Part shown: piece by piece, positions 1-9,161 of the stretch
How positions within the stretch are numbered: position 1 is the stretch's first letter
How the letters are laid out: every line of letters starts with the position of its first letter
Origin: Terriglobia bacterium
GTDB lineage: Bacteria > Acidobacteriota > Terriglobia > JAIQFV01
Direction: 5' to 3'
Length of the DNA: 64,000 bases
NCBI GenBank assembly: GCA_041494885.1
Contig: JBGQBO010000007.1
Location: 68,359 to 132,358, forward strand
The notes under the pieces: model-generated
Database searches by the model: none
The model's input: only the letters and a program-made list of their open reading frames with translations
What the model was told of the DNA's origin: nothing
Program-made: the position numbers and the translations under genes

Positions 1-2265
1 GTCAATGCCCTTCATGAAAGCATCGAGCAGGGCACCGGGGGCCTGAAAACCTTTCCAAAGATTGTGGGCGGCCGGTACGGATTGTCGTCCAAAGAATTCA
101 CCCCTGCCATGGTCAAGTCGGTCTTCGACAATCTCAAGGAGACCCGTCCGAAGAATCACTTCACCATCGGTATTCATGACGACGTTTCACATACCAGCCT
201 TTCCTTTGATCCCGAATTCTCAATCGAGCCGGAGAATGTGGTCCGTGCGCTCTTCTACGGTCTGGGATCGGACGGAACGGTGGGCGCCAATAAGAACTCC
301 ATCAAGATTATCGGTGAAAATACGGACAATTTTGCACAGGGTTACTTCGTGTACGACTCCAAGAAGGCGGGTGCGGTCACCGTGTCCCACCTGCGGTTCG
401 GTCCCAATCCAATCCGGTCCACTTACCTCGTCACGCAGGCCAATTTTGTGGGGTGCCACCAGCCTGTCTTTCTCGAGCGTTACGACATGCTGAAGGACAT
501 CGTCGAGGGAGGAACGTTTCTCCTGAATACCCCCTACGGCCCGGAAGAAGTCTGGAATGAGCTTCCTCGTACTGTTCAGCAACAGATCATTCAGAAGAAA
601 TTAAAGTTCTATGTGATCGATGCCGTCAAGGTGGCCCATGAGAGCGGGATGGGAGGGCGCATCAATACCGTTATGCAAGTGTGCTTTTTTGCCATCTCAA
701 AAGTCCTTCCCCGCGACGAGGCCCTGACTGCCATCATAGACTCTATTCAGAAGACCTATGGGAAGAAGGGTGATGAAATTGTCCAGATGAATCTGAAGGC
801 CATAGACCGGGCACTTGCCCACCTGTTCGAGGTCCACGTTCCTCAACACGCAGAAAGTCAGATCCAGTTGCCGCCTCCGGTCCCCAAGGAAGCACCGGAA
901 TTTGTCCAACAGGTCCTGGGAGAGATGATTGCGGGGCTTGGAGACGGTCTGCCGGTCAGCGCACTCCCCGCGGATGGCACCTATCCCACGGGGACTTCAA
1001 AGTGGGAGAAGCGGAACATCGCACTCGAAATCCCGGTGTGGGACCCCGCCGTGTGCATTCAGTGTGGCAAATGCGCGATGGTCTGTCCTCACAGCGTCAT
1101 TCGCATCAAAGCCTACGATCCAAAAATTCTTGAAGGCGCGCCGGCGACCTTTAAATCCAGCAACGCCGGGGACCGCGAGTGGAAGGATTTGAAATACACC
1201 ATTCAAGTGGCCCCGGAAGACTGCACGGGATGCGCCATCTGTGTGGACGTCTGTCCGGCCAAGAACAAATCGGAAACACGACTCAAAGCCATCAATATGG
1301 CGCCCCAGCCTCCCCTGCGGATTCCGGAGCGGGAGAACTGGGAATTCTTTTTGAAAATTCCAGAGATGGATCGCCGCCACATCAAGGTCTCAAGCCTCCG
1401 ACAGCAGCAGGTCCAGGAACCCCTGTTTGAGTTTTCAAGCGCCTGTGCAGGGTGCGGGGAAACCCCCTACCTCAAGTTGTTGACCCAATTGTTTGGCGAT
1501 CGCGCCCTGGTGGCCAACGCCACCGGCTGTTCCTCGATTTACGGCGGGAATCTGCCCACAACGCCCTGGACCAAGAATCTGGAGGGGCGTGGCCCCGCCT
1601 GGTCGAACTCGCTGTTTGAAGACAACGCCGAATTCGGGCTGGGCTTCCGGGTTTCCGTTGACAAGCAGAAAGAATTTGCGTCCGAACTGTTGAAAAAACT
1701 GGGGGGGAGCGTTGGAGAGGATTTGGCCACGGCCATTCTAACAGCTCAACAGAAAGACGAGGCGGATATCTACGAACAGCGGGGACGGATTGAGATCCTG
1801 AAAGAAAAACTTGAGCGCCTTAGCTCCGACGACGCCCGGCGGTTATTGTCGCTAGCCGACCTGCTGGTCAAAAAGAGTGTGTGGATTGTGGGTGGGGACG
1901 GATGGGCTTACGACATCGGCTTTGGGGGACTCGATCATGTTTTCGCGAGCGGCCGAAATGTCAATATCCTCGTCCTGGACACCGAAGTGTACTCCAACAC
2001 GGGGGGACAAATGTCCAAGGCTACTCCGCGCGCTGCTGTGGCCAAGTTTGCAGCCGGGGGAAAGCCCGTTGCCAAAAAAGATCTTGGTCTGATTGCCATG
2101 ACCTACGGCAGTGTTTACGTGGCCAGCGTGGCGATGGGCGCCAAGGATGAACACACCTTGAGGGCGTTTCTCGAAGCCGAGGCGTATGACGGCCCATCCT
2201 TGATCATCGCCTACAGCCATTGCATCGCCCATGGCATCAATATGACGACCGCCATGCACGACTAG
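1..2265 (+). CDS. nifJ: Pyruvate:ferredoxin (flavodoxin) oxidoreductase, 5'-partial (enters from upstream). The reading frame ends at an in-frame TAG at 2263-2265.
   Basis: The frame is open from nt 1. Translation shows two 4Fe-4S ferredoxin motifs (CIQCGKCAMVCP, CTGCAICVDVCP), the TPP-binding GDGWAYDIGFGG...LVLDTEVYSNTGGQ region, and a C-terminus ...AYSHCIAHGINM typical of NifJ/Por-type PFOR. Confidence 0.9.
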   Translation, partial: VNALHESIEQGTGGLKTFPKIVGGRYGLSSKEFTPAMVKSVFDNLKETRPKNHFTIGIHDDVSHTSLSFDPEFSIEPENVVRALFYGLGSDGTVGANKNSIKIIGENTDNFAQGYFVYDSKKAGAVTVSHLRFGPNPIRSTYLVTQANFVGCHQPVFLERYDMLKDIVEGGTFLLNTPYGPEEVWNELPRTVQQQIIQKKLKFYVIDAVKVAHESGMGGRINTVMQVCFFAISKVLPRDEALTAIIDSIQKTYGKKGDEIVQMNLKAIDRALAHLFEVHVPQHAESQIQLPPPVPKEAPEFVQQVLGEMIAGLGDGLPVSALPADGTYPTGTSKWEKRNIALEIPVWDPAVCIQCGKCAMVCPHSVIRIKAYDPKILEGAPATFKSSNAGDREWKDLKYTIQVAPEDCTGCAICVDVCPAKNKSETRLKAINMAPQPPLRIPERENWEFFLKIPEMDRRHIKVSSLRQQQVQEPLFEFSSACAGCGETPYLKLLTQLFGDRALVANATGCSSIYGGNLPTTPWTKNLEGRGPAWSNSLFEDNAEFGLGFRVSVDKQKEFASELLKKLGGSVGEDLATAILTAQQKDEADIYEQRGRIEILKEKLERLSSDDARRLLSLADLLVKKSVWIVGGDGWAYDIGFGGLDHVFASGRNVNILVLDTEVYSNTGGQMSKATPRAAVAKFAAGGKPVAKKDLGLIAMTYGSVYVASVAMGAKDEHTLRAFLEAEAYDGPSLIIAYSHCIAHGINMTTAMHD

Positions 2266-2532
2266 AAAGCCGCCGTCGATTCGGGACAGTGGCTGCTCTA
2301 TCGCTATCACCCCGATCGCGCGAAGCAGGGCGAGAATCCCATGATCCTCGACTCTCGGCCTCCCAAGATTCCCTTGCAGGATTATCTGTACATGGAAAAC
2401 AGATTCAAAATGCTGACCAAAATCAAACCCGATGAAGCAACCCGGTTGCTGAAGCGGGCTCAGGAAGACGTCCAGACACGCTGGCGCCTTTATGAGTACA
2501 TGGCGGCGAGGAAGGTGGAGAACAAAGTTTAA
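2266..2532 (+). other. In-frame continuation of the PFOR C-terminal domain after the TAG (KAAVDSGQWLLYRYHPD...YEYMAARKVENKV). It is either a readthrough or pseudogenised tail, or the TAG is a sequencing error.
   Basis: Same frame as the PFOR ORF. The translation matches the conserved PFOR C-terminal extension (..QQKAAVDSGYWPLYRYNP.. in characterised PFORs). The TAG sits where a Gln (CAG) is expected. Confidence 0.6.
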
Positions 2533-3136
2533 AGTTCAAAGTTCAAGGCTCAAAGTTAAGGGCTTACTGACCGGATGTTCAATGCTTCCAGGCGAGTCAT
2601 TTTGTCTCGTCAGCCGACTTTTTAGAGGCTCTGCAACGTGACAAAAATCGAGAGGTTTGAGGACATCGAGGCTTGGAAACGGGCAAGAGAGTTGGTGTCA
2701 GACATCTATCGAATTAGCTCGACGGGTAAGTTCAATAGGGATTTCTCACTTCGCGACCAGATGCGAAGTGCCTGCATCTCAATTCTGTCCAATATTGCAG
2801 AGGGCTTTGAACGAGGTGGAAACAGGGAGTTCTTACAGTTCCTCGCTTTCGCAAAGGGATCCGCCGGGGAGCTCAGGGCACAGCTTTATATAGCTCTGGA
2901 CCAACAATATATCGCTCACGATGAGTTCGAGAGAATCGCAGGTAAGATCATGGAAGTGAGCCGAATGCTTTCCGGCTTGATGAAATACCTGCAATCGTCG
3001 GAATTGCAAGGGACCAAATATAAATCGGTCTCTGAGCCGTAGAGGGAATTGTTTCTATTATGATTATTGAATCTCAAACTGGAACTTTGAACTAGGGGTT
3101 CCGACTTTGAACTTTGAACTTGGAACTTTGAACTCT
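2527..3136. repeat. Palindromic element 1. Inverted arrays of 7-bp tandem repeats (AAAGTTC units on the left, GAACTTT units on the right) flank a four-helix-bundle gene. It is inserted between PFOR and the DHOD-like gene.
   Basis: Left arm 2527-2560: aaagttcaaagttcaaggctcaaagtt. Right arm 3073-3136: ctggaactttgaactaggggttccgactttgaactttgaacttggaactttgaactc. This is its imperfect reverse complement. Confidence 0.8.
2638..3042 (+). CDS. Four-helix-bundle protein (PF05635 / TIGR02436, the 23S rRNA intervening-sequence protein family, Avd-like).
   Basis: 134-aa ORF with GTG start. Family-typical motifs are WKRARELVSDIYRIS, ...SNIAEGFERGGNREFLQFLAFAKGSAGELRAQLYIA. It lies between the inverted heptamer arrays. 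Confidence 0.8.
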   Translation: MTKIERFEDIEAWKRARELVSDIYRISSTGKFNRDFSLRDQMRSACISILSNIAEGFERGGNREFLQFLAFAKGSAGELRAQLYIALDQQYIAHDEFERIAGKIMEVSRMLSGLMKYLQSSELQGTKYKSVSEP

Positions 3137-3149
3137 TAGAGGAAAAACC

Positions 3150-4145
3150 ATGGACCTATCAACCACATATCTCGGCTTAAAACTCCGCACTCCGCTCGTT
3201 CCCTCGGCTTCGCCGCTTTCACAGGAGATTGACAACATCAAACGAATGGAGGACGCGGGCGCATCGGCGGTTGTCCTCCATTCGCTTTTTGAGGAGCAGT
3301 TGAGACAGGAGCGTTTTGAACTGCATCATCATCTCACCCAGGGGACCGAGAGTTTTGCTGAAGCCCTAACGTACTTCCCAGAGCCCGAAGAATTCCATCT
3401 CGGCCCCGATGCGTATCTGGAACACATCCGGAAGGCGAAAGAAGCCACCCGCATTCCCATCATTGCAAGCCTGAATGGAACCTCGGTCAGCGGTTGGACG
3501 GATTACGCCCGAAAGATAGAGGAGGCGGGGGCCGATGCCCTGGAATTGAACGTCTATTACATCCCCACCGATACGGATTTGAGTTCGGTTCAAGTCGAGC
3601 AAACCTACATTGATATCTTGAGGGCCGTCAAGTACGTCGTAAAAATCCCCGTGGCGTTCAAGCTGGGACCCTTCTTCAGCAACATGGCGAACATGGCCCG
3701 CCGCCTGGAGCAAGCCGGAGCCAACGGATTGGTTCTTTTCAATCGATTTTATCAACCGGACATCGACCTTGAAGAACTCGAAGTCAGGCCGAACGTCCTT
3801 TTGAGTACACCGCAGGCCCTGCGATTGCCGATGCGATGGATAGCGATCTTGTACGGACGTCTGCAATTGAGCTTTGCGGCTACCAGTGGCGTTCATGGCG
3901 CCCAGGATGCACTGAAAATGCTTATGGTCGGCGCCAGTGTGACCATGCTTTGCTCCGTTCTCTTCCGCGCGGGAATCGACCAGATCCGGACGATTGAGCA
4001 GGACATGCGTCAATGGATGGAAGACCACCAGTACGAATCGGTTCAACAGATGCAAGGGAGCATGAGCCAGAAGAATTGTGCCGATCCGGCCGCCTTCGAA
4101 CGTGCGCAGTACATGCGCGCTATCAAGAGCTATGTGCCGGCCTGA
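3150..4145 (+). CDS. Dihydroorotate dehydrogenase-like TIM-barrel flavoprotein (DHOD/DHPD family, function unassigned).
   Basis: 331-aa ORF with RBS ggaaaaacc before the ATG. Motifs RIPIIASLNG, ADALELNVYY, GVHGAQDALKMLMVGASVTMLCSVLF resemble class-1 DHOD-like proteins. It lies between PFOR and hypD. Confidence 0.55.
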   Translation: MDLSTTYLGLKLRTPLVPSASPLSQEIDNIKRMEDAGASAVVLHSLFEEQLRQERFELHHHLTQGTESFAEALTYFPEPEEFHLGPDAYLEHIRKAKEATRIPIIASLNGTSVSGWTDYARKIEEAGADALELNVYYIPTDTDLSSVQVEQTYIDILRAVKYVVKIPVAFKLGPFFSNMANMARRLEQAGANGLVLFNRFYQPDIDLEELEVRPNVLLSTPQALRLPMRWIAILYGRLQLSFAATSGVHGAQDALKMLMVGASVTMLCSVLFRAGIDQIRTIEQDMRQWMEDHQYESVQQMQGSMSQKNCADPAAFERAQYMRAIKSYVPA

Positions 4146-4281
4146 GAGACCTTTCGGAATGCCGTGGATCCCGGTGATTTCACCCGAATTGTAGAGCCCC
4201 GGGCAAGGGGTCGCTCGCGCCAGGAGAGGATGAACTCTCAATTCCCCGGTATATGGGAATGAGCCTGGCTGAGGGGGGGTT

Positions 4282-5400
4282 ATGAAATTCATCGATGAGT
4301 ACCGTGATCGCAAGGCAGCGGGGCAATTCTCGAAGGCGATTGCCAGCATGGCGACGAAGCCCTGGACGCTGATGGAGGTTTGCGGGGGCCAGACCCACTC
4401 CATCGTGAAGTTCGGCGTGGATGAATTACTCCCCAAAGACGTCACCCTGGTGCATGGTCCCGGCTGCCCGGTCTGTGTCACACCGGTCGAACTGATCGAA
4501 AAAGCGATCGAGATCGCCTCTCGCCCCGAGGTGATTTTTTGCTCCTTCGGCGACATGCTGCGCGTGCCTGCCCATGTGGGAAGTGGTCAGGAAGCTCCCG
4601 TTGATCTTCTTTCAATCAAGGCGAAGGGAGGCGATGTCCGGATCGTTTATTCCCCGCTGGATGCGATCAAGATTGCCAGCGCTCACCCCTCAAAGCAAGT
4701 CGTGTTCTTTGCGGTGGGATTTGAAACCACCGCCCCCGCTAATGCCATGGCCGTCTTCCAGGCCTACCAGCAAGGCATCGGGAATTTTTCACTCCTCGTT
4801 TCACACGTGCTGGTGCCCCCCGCGATGGAGGCCATCCTGTCTTCTCCGGACAATCGGGTGCAGGGATTTCTTGCGGCCGGACATGTGTGCACGGTGATGG
4901 GGTATACCGAGTACGAGCCCATTGCCAAAAAATATCACGTGCCCATCGTGGTCACAGGCTTCGAGCCGGTGGACATCCTGCAGGGCATCTACCTCTGCAT
5001 TAAGCAGTTGGAGGAGGGACGGGCAGAAGTGGAAAACCAATATGTCCGGGCCGTTCGTCGCGGAGGCAATCGGGCAGCGCAGCAGATCATTCACGAGGTG
5101 TTTCGAGTGGTGCCTCGCAAGTGGCGGGGCGTCGGCGAAATCCCTCAAAGCGGACTGGCTCTGCAGGAAAAATACGCTGAGTTTGACGCGGAACTTCGCT
5201 TTGGGGTCGCTCAACACACGACGGAAGAATCCACCGAATGTATCGCCGGCCTGGTTCTGCAAGGAATCAAGAAACCTCACGAATGCCCGGCCTTCGGCGC
5301 ACACTGCACGCCGGAACGCCCCCTGGGGGCACCCATGGTCTCCTCGGAGGGCGCCTGCGCGGCGTATTATCGATATCGTCGGCTTTCTTGCAGGAACTGA
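4282..5400 (+). CDS. hypD: [NiFe]-hydrogenase maturation factor HypD.
   Basis: 372-aa ORF with HypD signature motifs [14 protein letters not shown] and C-terminal [11 protein letters not shown]...EGACAAYY. Confidence 0.9.
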   Translation: MKFIDEYRDRKAAGQFSKAIASMATKPWTLMEVCGGQTHSIVKFGVDELLPKDVTLVHGPGCPVCVTPVELIEKAIEIASRPEVIFCSFGDMLRVPAHVGSGQEAPVDLLSIKAKGGDVRIVYSPLDAIKIASAHPSKQVVFFAVGFETTAPANAMAVFQAYQQGIGNFSLLVSHVLVPPAMEAILSSPDNRVQGFLAAGHVCTVMGYTEYEPIAKKYHVPIVVTGFEPVDILQGIYLCIKQLEEGRAEVENQYVRAVRRGGNRAAQQIIHEVFRVVPRKWRGVGEIPQSGLALQEKYAEFDAELRFGVAQHTTEESTECIAGLVLQGIKKPHECPAFGAHCTPERPLGAPMVSSEGACAAYYRYRRLSCRN

Positions 5401-5429
5401 GAACGAAGCCGGAGACTGGAAAACGGAGG

Positions 5430-5982
5430 CCAGAAGTCAGAAGCCAGAAGTCGGAAGTCAGAGGTCGGAGGTCGGAAACCAGAAGTCAGAGGTCAGAGGT
5501 CAGAGAAAGAACCAATCTCTTTACCAGGGTGGGAAATAAGAAAGGACATTGATAAAATCATACAAGGATCTCCATGTGTATCAACTTTCGTATCGCCTTG
5601 CCATGAAGGTATTCATCGCGTCGAAAGGATTTCCCAAGGACGAATTGAATTCTCTGACGAATCAAATACGTCGGTCTTCTCGGTCGGTCGCGGCTAACAT
5701 AGTAGAGGGGTGGGCAAAACGGGGGTTCGAAAACATATTTAAGCGTCACCTGATCGATTCATTTGGATCTTGCGCCGAAACAAAACTCTGGCTGGATTTT
5801 GCTCGCGACTGCAACTACCTTTCGAGGGATGATCACTCAACGCTCGAGGGGGAATATGAAGAGTTGAGCAAAATGCTTCACCGTCTTTTTGAAAGCTGGG
5901 AAACCTACAATGTTAAGTAGTTCCCTTCCCCAGAATCCCTCAGTTGAGGGTCGGACTTCTGACTTCCGACCTCTGACTTCGG
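5430..5982. repeat. Palindromic element 2. Inverted arrays of 7-bp tandem repeats (CAGAAGT/CAGAGGT, about 11 units, on the left; GACTTCT/GACCTCT, about 4 units, on the right) flank a second four-helix-bundle gene. It is inserted between hypD and hypE.
   Basis: Left arm 5430-5505: ccagaagtcagaagccagaagtcggaagtcagaggtcggaggtcggaaaccagaagtcagaggtcagaggtcagag. Right arm 5949-5982: ggtcggacttctgacttccgacctctgacttcgg. This is its reverse complement. Confidence 0.8.
5549..5920 (+). CDS. Four-helix-bundle protein (PF05635 / 23S rRNA IVS protein family), second copy.
   Basis: 123-aa ORF with TTG start and RBS aaagga. Motifs YQLSYRLAMKVF, ...RSSRSVAANIVEGWAKRG...FGSCAETKLWLDFA. Confidence 0.8.
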   Translation: MIKSYKDLHVYQLSYRLAMKVFIASKGFPKDELNSLTNQIRRSSRSVAANIVEGWAKRGFENIFKRHLIDSFGSCAETKLWLDFARDCNYLSRDDHSTLEGEYEELSKMLHRLFESWETYNVK

Positions 5983-6007
5983 CCCCGATACGTCCAGCCC
6001 TTCGTCC

Positions 6008-7111
6008 TTGGAGCACGCATCCATGAACCCTAAGGACTCCCAGTTCGCCCTTTCCTGTCCCATCCCTCTCTCCGACTACCCGACTGTTCTGCTGGCTCAT
6101 GGAGGCGGGGGGAAGTTGATGCATCAGCTCATTGAAAAAATGTTTGTCAGCACTTTTGCAAATCCCCTTCTTGAATCGCGGCATGACGGGGCTGTCATTG
6201 AATTGGAGCAAAACGTAAAGCAGGGATTTCCCCGCCTGGCATTTACGACAGATTCTTACGTCGTGCATCCGCTTTTCTTTCCGGGCGGAGACATCGCTAC
6301 ACTGGCAGTCAATGGCACCGTTAACGATCTCGCGATGTGCGGCGCCCGCCCGTTGTACCTAAGTGCGGGTTTCATTCTTGAAGAGGGCCTCCCCATGGAA
6401 ACCCTGTGGCGGGTCGTCCGTTCCATGCGGGAGGCAGCGGATCTGGCCAGGGTACAAGTGGTGACGGGGGACACCAAGGTGGTCGATCGAGGCAAGGGGG
6501 ACGGCATTTTCATCAATACGGCCGGGATCGGAATAATCGAGCACAAGCGATCGATCAGCCCGGCCAATGTTCAACCGGGAGATGTGCTTCTCCTCAATGG
6601 AGACCTGGGCCGACATGGAATTGCGATCATGGCGGTCCGCGAAGGGCTCGAATTTGAGTCGGCGATTGAAAGCGATTGTGCTCCCCTCGCCCGCCCGGTT
6701 CTGGCGCTGCTCGACGCGGGAATCGAGGTGCACTGCATGCGAGATCTGACGCGCGGAGGTCTTGCCAGCGCCCTCGTGGAAATTTCAGAAGCCGGCGGTC
6801 TCAACATCCAGATCGATGAGAATGCCATCCCGGTTCGAGAAGACGTTCAGGGAGCCTGCGAGATCCTCGGGTTCGATCCTCTTTACGTCGCCAACGAGGG
6901 AAGGTTCGTCGCCTTCCTCGCACCATCCGATGCCGACCGCGCCCTGACTCTTCTTCGTGCCCATCCCCTCGGCGAGGGAGCATGTATCATCGGGAAGGTT
7001 GCGGCGACGAACGGCTCGTCCCGTGGAGGCCTCGTGACCATGAGAAGTAAAATTGGCGTTCTTCGTATTGTCGACATGATGAGCGGCGAGCAGCTGCCGA
7101 GAATTTGTTGA
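6008..7111 (+). CDS. hypE: Hydrogenase maturation carbamoyl dehydratase HypE.
   Basis: 367-aa [11 protein letters not shown] near the N-terminus, AIR-synthase-like domains, and the C-terminus ends with the HypE-specific PRIC. Confidence 0.9.
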   Translation: MEHASMNPKDSQFALSCPIPLSDYPTVLLAHGGGGKLMHQLIEKMFVSTFANPLLESRHDGAVIELEQNVKQGFPRLAFTTDSYVVHPLFFPGGDIATLAVNGTVNDLAMCGARPLYLSAGFILEEGLPMETLWRVVRSMREAADLARVQVVTGDTKVVDRGKGDGIFINTAGIGIIEHKRSISPANVQPGDVLLLNGDLGRHGIAIMAVREGLEFESAIESDCAPLARPVLALLDAGIEVHCMRDLTRGGLASALVEISEAGGLNIQIDENAIPVREDVQGACEILGFDPLYVANEGRFVAFLAPSDADRALTLLRAHPLGEGACIIGKVAATNGSSRGGLVTMRSKIGVLRIVDMMSGEQLPRIC

Positions 7112-7298
7112 CCTTCAAAGTGAACGACGAATCCAATCGCAACGATCGTCGCCCTTGAAACATTCCGCGCCATCTTTCATTGGATAACTGATTCCTCTCC
7201 TAGTCCCGACATGAATTGTGAAGAGACTCAAATCCGTCTTGTAACCGGAGCGCTGGCAAGCGGATTTTGGAGGACAACTCAAGAGATTTGATGTCCGC

Positions 7299-8699
7299 AT
7301 GCTAAAACTCAACGCGTCACTCCAGCTCCGTGTGAGAGTTCGCCGCGGGAACGAGCCTGATCCTGAGGGGAGGTGCGTTGTGTACTGGATGCAGCGGGCA
7401 CAGCGTGCCGCGGGTAATCCGGCGCTGGATGCGGCCATCGAGATTGCGAACGCGCTGCACAAGCCAGTCGTTGCTTTCTTGGGCCTGGTTCCCTTCTATC
7501 CCCATGCCAACCTCCGACACTATCAATTCCTTGTCGCTGGACTCGACGACATTGCCACGGGTCTCAAGGCGCGGAGGGTGGGGTTTGTGTTACGGCGATA
7601 CCCCCATCACCGCCTGGAGCAGTTCTGTGAGGAAGTGCACCCGGCGATCGTGATAGGCGATGAGAACCCTCTTCGCGATCCCGAACGTTGGCGTCAAGAA
7701 CTGGCCGGTCGTCTTCGTACCCCGCTATGGACGGTTGATGCCGATGTCGTCGTCCCCTCCGCTTTGCTTGAGAAGGAACAGTACGCGGCCCGGACCATTC
7801 GCCCCCGGATTCACGCCCAACTCCCTCACTTTCTAAAGGAGATTCCGGACAATACCGCCCATGTCACATGGGATCCCAGGCACCACGCTCAATCTCTTCG
7901 TCCCGAAGAGGGTTTACTTAAGGGATTCCCCGTGGACAGAACCGTCCAGCCGGTCACTGGCTTTGGCGGAGGGACTCAGGAGGCGCTGGCCGTGCTCAAG
8001 GGGTTCGTACGCGACCGGCTCAAGGGATATGGTGAGCAGAGAAACAAGCCCGAACTCGACGGCACCAGTCAGCTCTCCCCCTATCTTCATTTTGGTCACC
8101 TCAGCCCCGTGACTGTTGCCGTCGCCGTCCGGAAGGCCGATGCTCCTCAAAGTGACCGGGAGGCTTTTCTTGAAGAACTAATCGTAAGGCGAGAATTGGC
8201 CATTAACTTTGTCCGATTCAATCCGCGATATGACCAACTGAAAGGCTGTGAACCTTGGGCTCTCCGTTCTTTGAAAGCTCATTCGCCGGATCATCGAACG
8301 CACCGATACTCTGAGCGGCAACTTGAAAATGCGGAGACCCATGATCCTTTGTGGAATGCTGCACAAAAACAGATGGTGCTGACAGGCTGGATGCATGGCT
8401 ACCTGCGAATGTACTGGGCAAAGAAGATTCTGGAATGGAGCCCTGCACCGGGAAGAGCATTCGAAGTTGCCGTGCGGTTGAATGACCGCTACCAACTTGA
8501 CGGCCGCGACCCCAATGGATACGCGGGAATTGCCTGGGCGATCGGCGGGAAACATGACCGGGCCTGGGGACCAGAACGGCCCGTTTATGGAAAAGTCCGT
8601 TACATGTCTTATGAAAGCACTTCACGCAAGTTCGACAGCCGGCGATATATTGCCAACATCATGAAGTTGGAGCAACGAGGATCCGGTGGGTTTTATTGA
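7299..8699 (+). CDS. phr: Deoxyribodipyrimidine photolyase, class II CPD type.
   Basis: 466-aa ORF with VVYWMQRAQRA at the N-terminus and class II photolyase motifs LSPYLHFGHLSP, WMHGYLRMYWAKKILEW. Confidence 0.85.
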   Translation: MLKLNASLQLRVRVRRGNEPDPEGRCVVYWMQRAQRAAGNPALDAAIEIANALHKPVVAFLGLVPFYPHANLRHYQFLVAGLDDIATGLKARRVGFVLRRYPHHRLEQFCEEVHPAIVIGDENPLRDPERWRQELAGRLRTPLWTVDADVVVPSALLEKEQYAARTIRPRIHAQLPHFLKEIPDNTAHVTWDPRHHAQSLRPEEGLLKGFPVDRTVQPVTGFGGGTQEALAVLKGFVRDRLKGYGEQRNKPELDGTSQLSPYLHFGHLSPVTVAVAVRKADAPQSDREAFLEELIVRRELAINFVRFNPRYDQLKGCEPWALRSLKAHSPDHRTHRYSERQLENAETHDPLWNAAQKQMVLTGWMHGYLRMYWAKKILEWSPAPGRAFEVAVRLNDRYQLDGRDPNGYAGIAWAIGGKHDRAWGPERPVYGKVRYMSYESTSRKFDSRRYIANIMKLEQRGSGGFY

Positions 8700-8851
8700 G
8701 GGGGCATCGAGAATCAATCAGGCACTGTAAGGCCTTTGGAGTCGTCGTAGAACCTATGAATTGGGGGGCCTACCGCAGAACCAGTGGGTTTAAAAACAAA
8801 AAGGATACCCAACTCGGTTGCCCTAAACGCTGAGTATCCAAAGGAGGCTTT

Positions 8852-8953
8852 ATGTTATGTATTGAACTTATTATATCAAAACCGGATTTAATGCAAGTAC
8901 GAAAAGTTACATTCAACGTAAATTTTTGTATCCCTCGGTCTGGGTGGTCTTGA
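8852..8953 (+). CDS. Candidate 33-aa small ORF (MLCIELIISKPDLMQVRKVTFNVNFCIPRSGWS) in an AT-rich intergenic patch. Function unknown.
   Basis: A consensus RBS AAGGAGG lies 5 nt before the ATG at 8852. Local GC is far below the window average. There is no homology signal, so it could instead be part of an sRNA or regulatory region. Confidence 0.25.
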   Translation: MLCIELIISKPDLMQVRKVTFNVNFCIPRSGWS

Positions 8954-9161
8954 CCCCCAGAATGGTCATTGGCCTGTATAAGTTGCAAAGACCAACCGAC
9001 GGTTGAGCATGATCCAGACCTCTTAACTTCGAGCGAGACCGGGCCATGAACCTGAATTGACCCCCTCACCGCTTCTCATTCTGGCCTTGACACTGACAGG
9101 TTGCCGGCTATGATCTCCCTGTTTGATCTCGGAATGGCGTTATGTTTAGGATCCCTGTACT

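Noticed and set aside
3366-4556. 396-aa ORF on the minus strand
   Set aside because: It is entirely antisense to the DHOD-like gene and hypD, which have strong homology. It has Pro/Gly/Arg-rich composition typical of high-GC shadow ORFs.
5401-5520. Tandem repeat array considered as a CRISPR array
   Set aside because: The units are 7 bp with no spacers. An inverted copy lies on the other side of a gene. This is not CRISPR.
4922-5552. ORFs 4922..5539 and 5238..5552 (+), rich in RSEVR repeats
   Set aside because: They read through the heptamer tandem-repeat arm (CAGAAGT)n in the wrong frame. The repetitive peptide is an artefact of the DNA repeat, and they overlap hypD in another frame.
8990-9160. 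Possible TPP riboswitch upstream of thiD
   Set aside because: Only a weak partial match (gaacctgaat) to the THI-box. The CUGAGA and UAAUACC/GCGUAGGGA core elements are missing on both strands.
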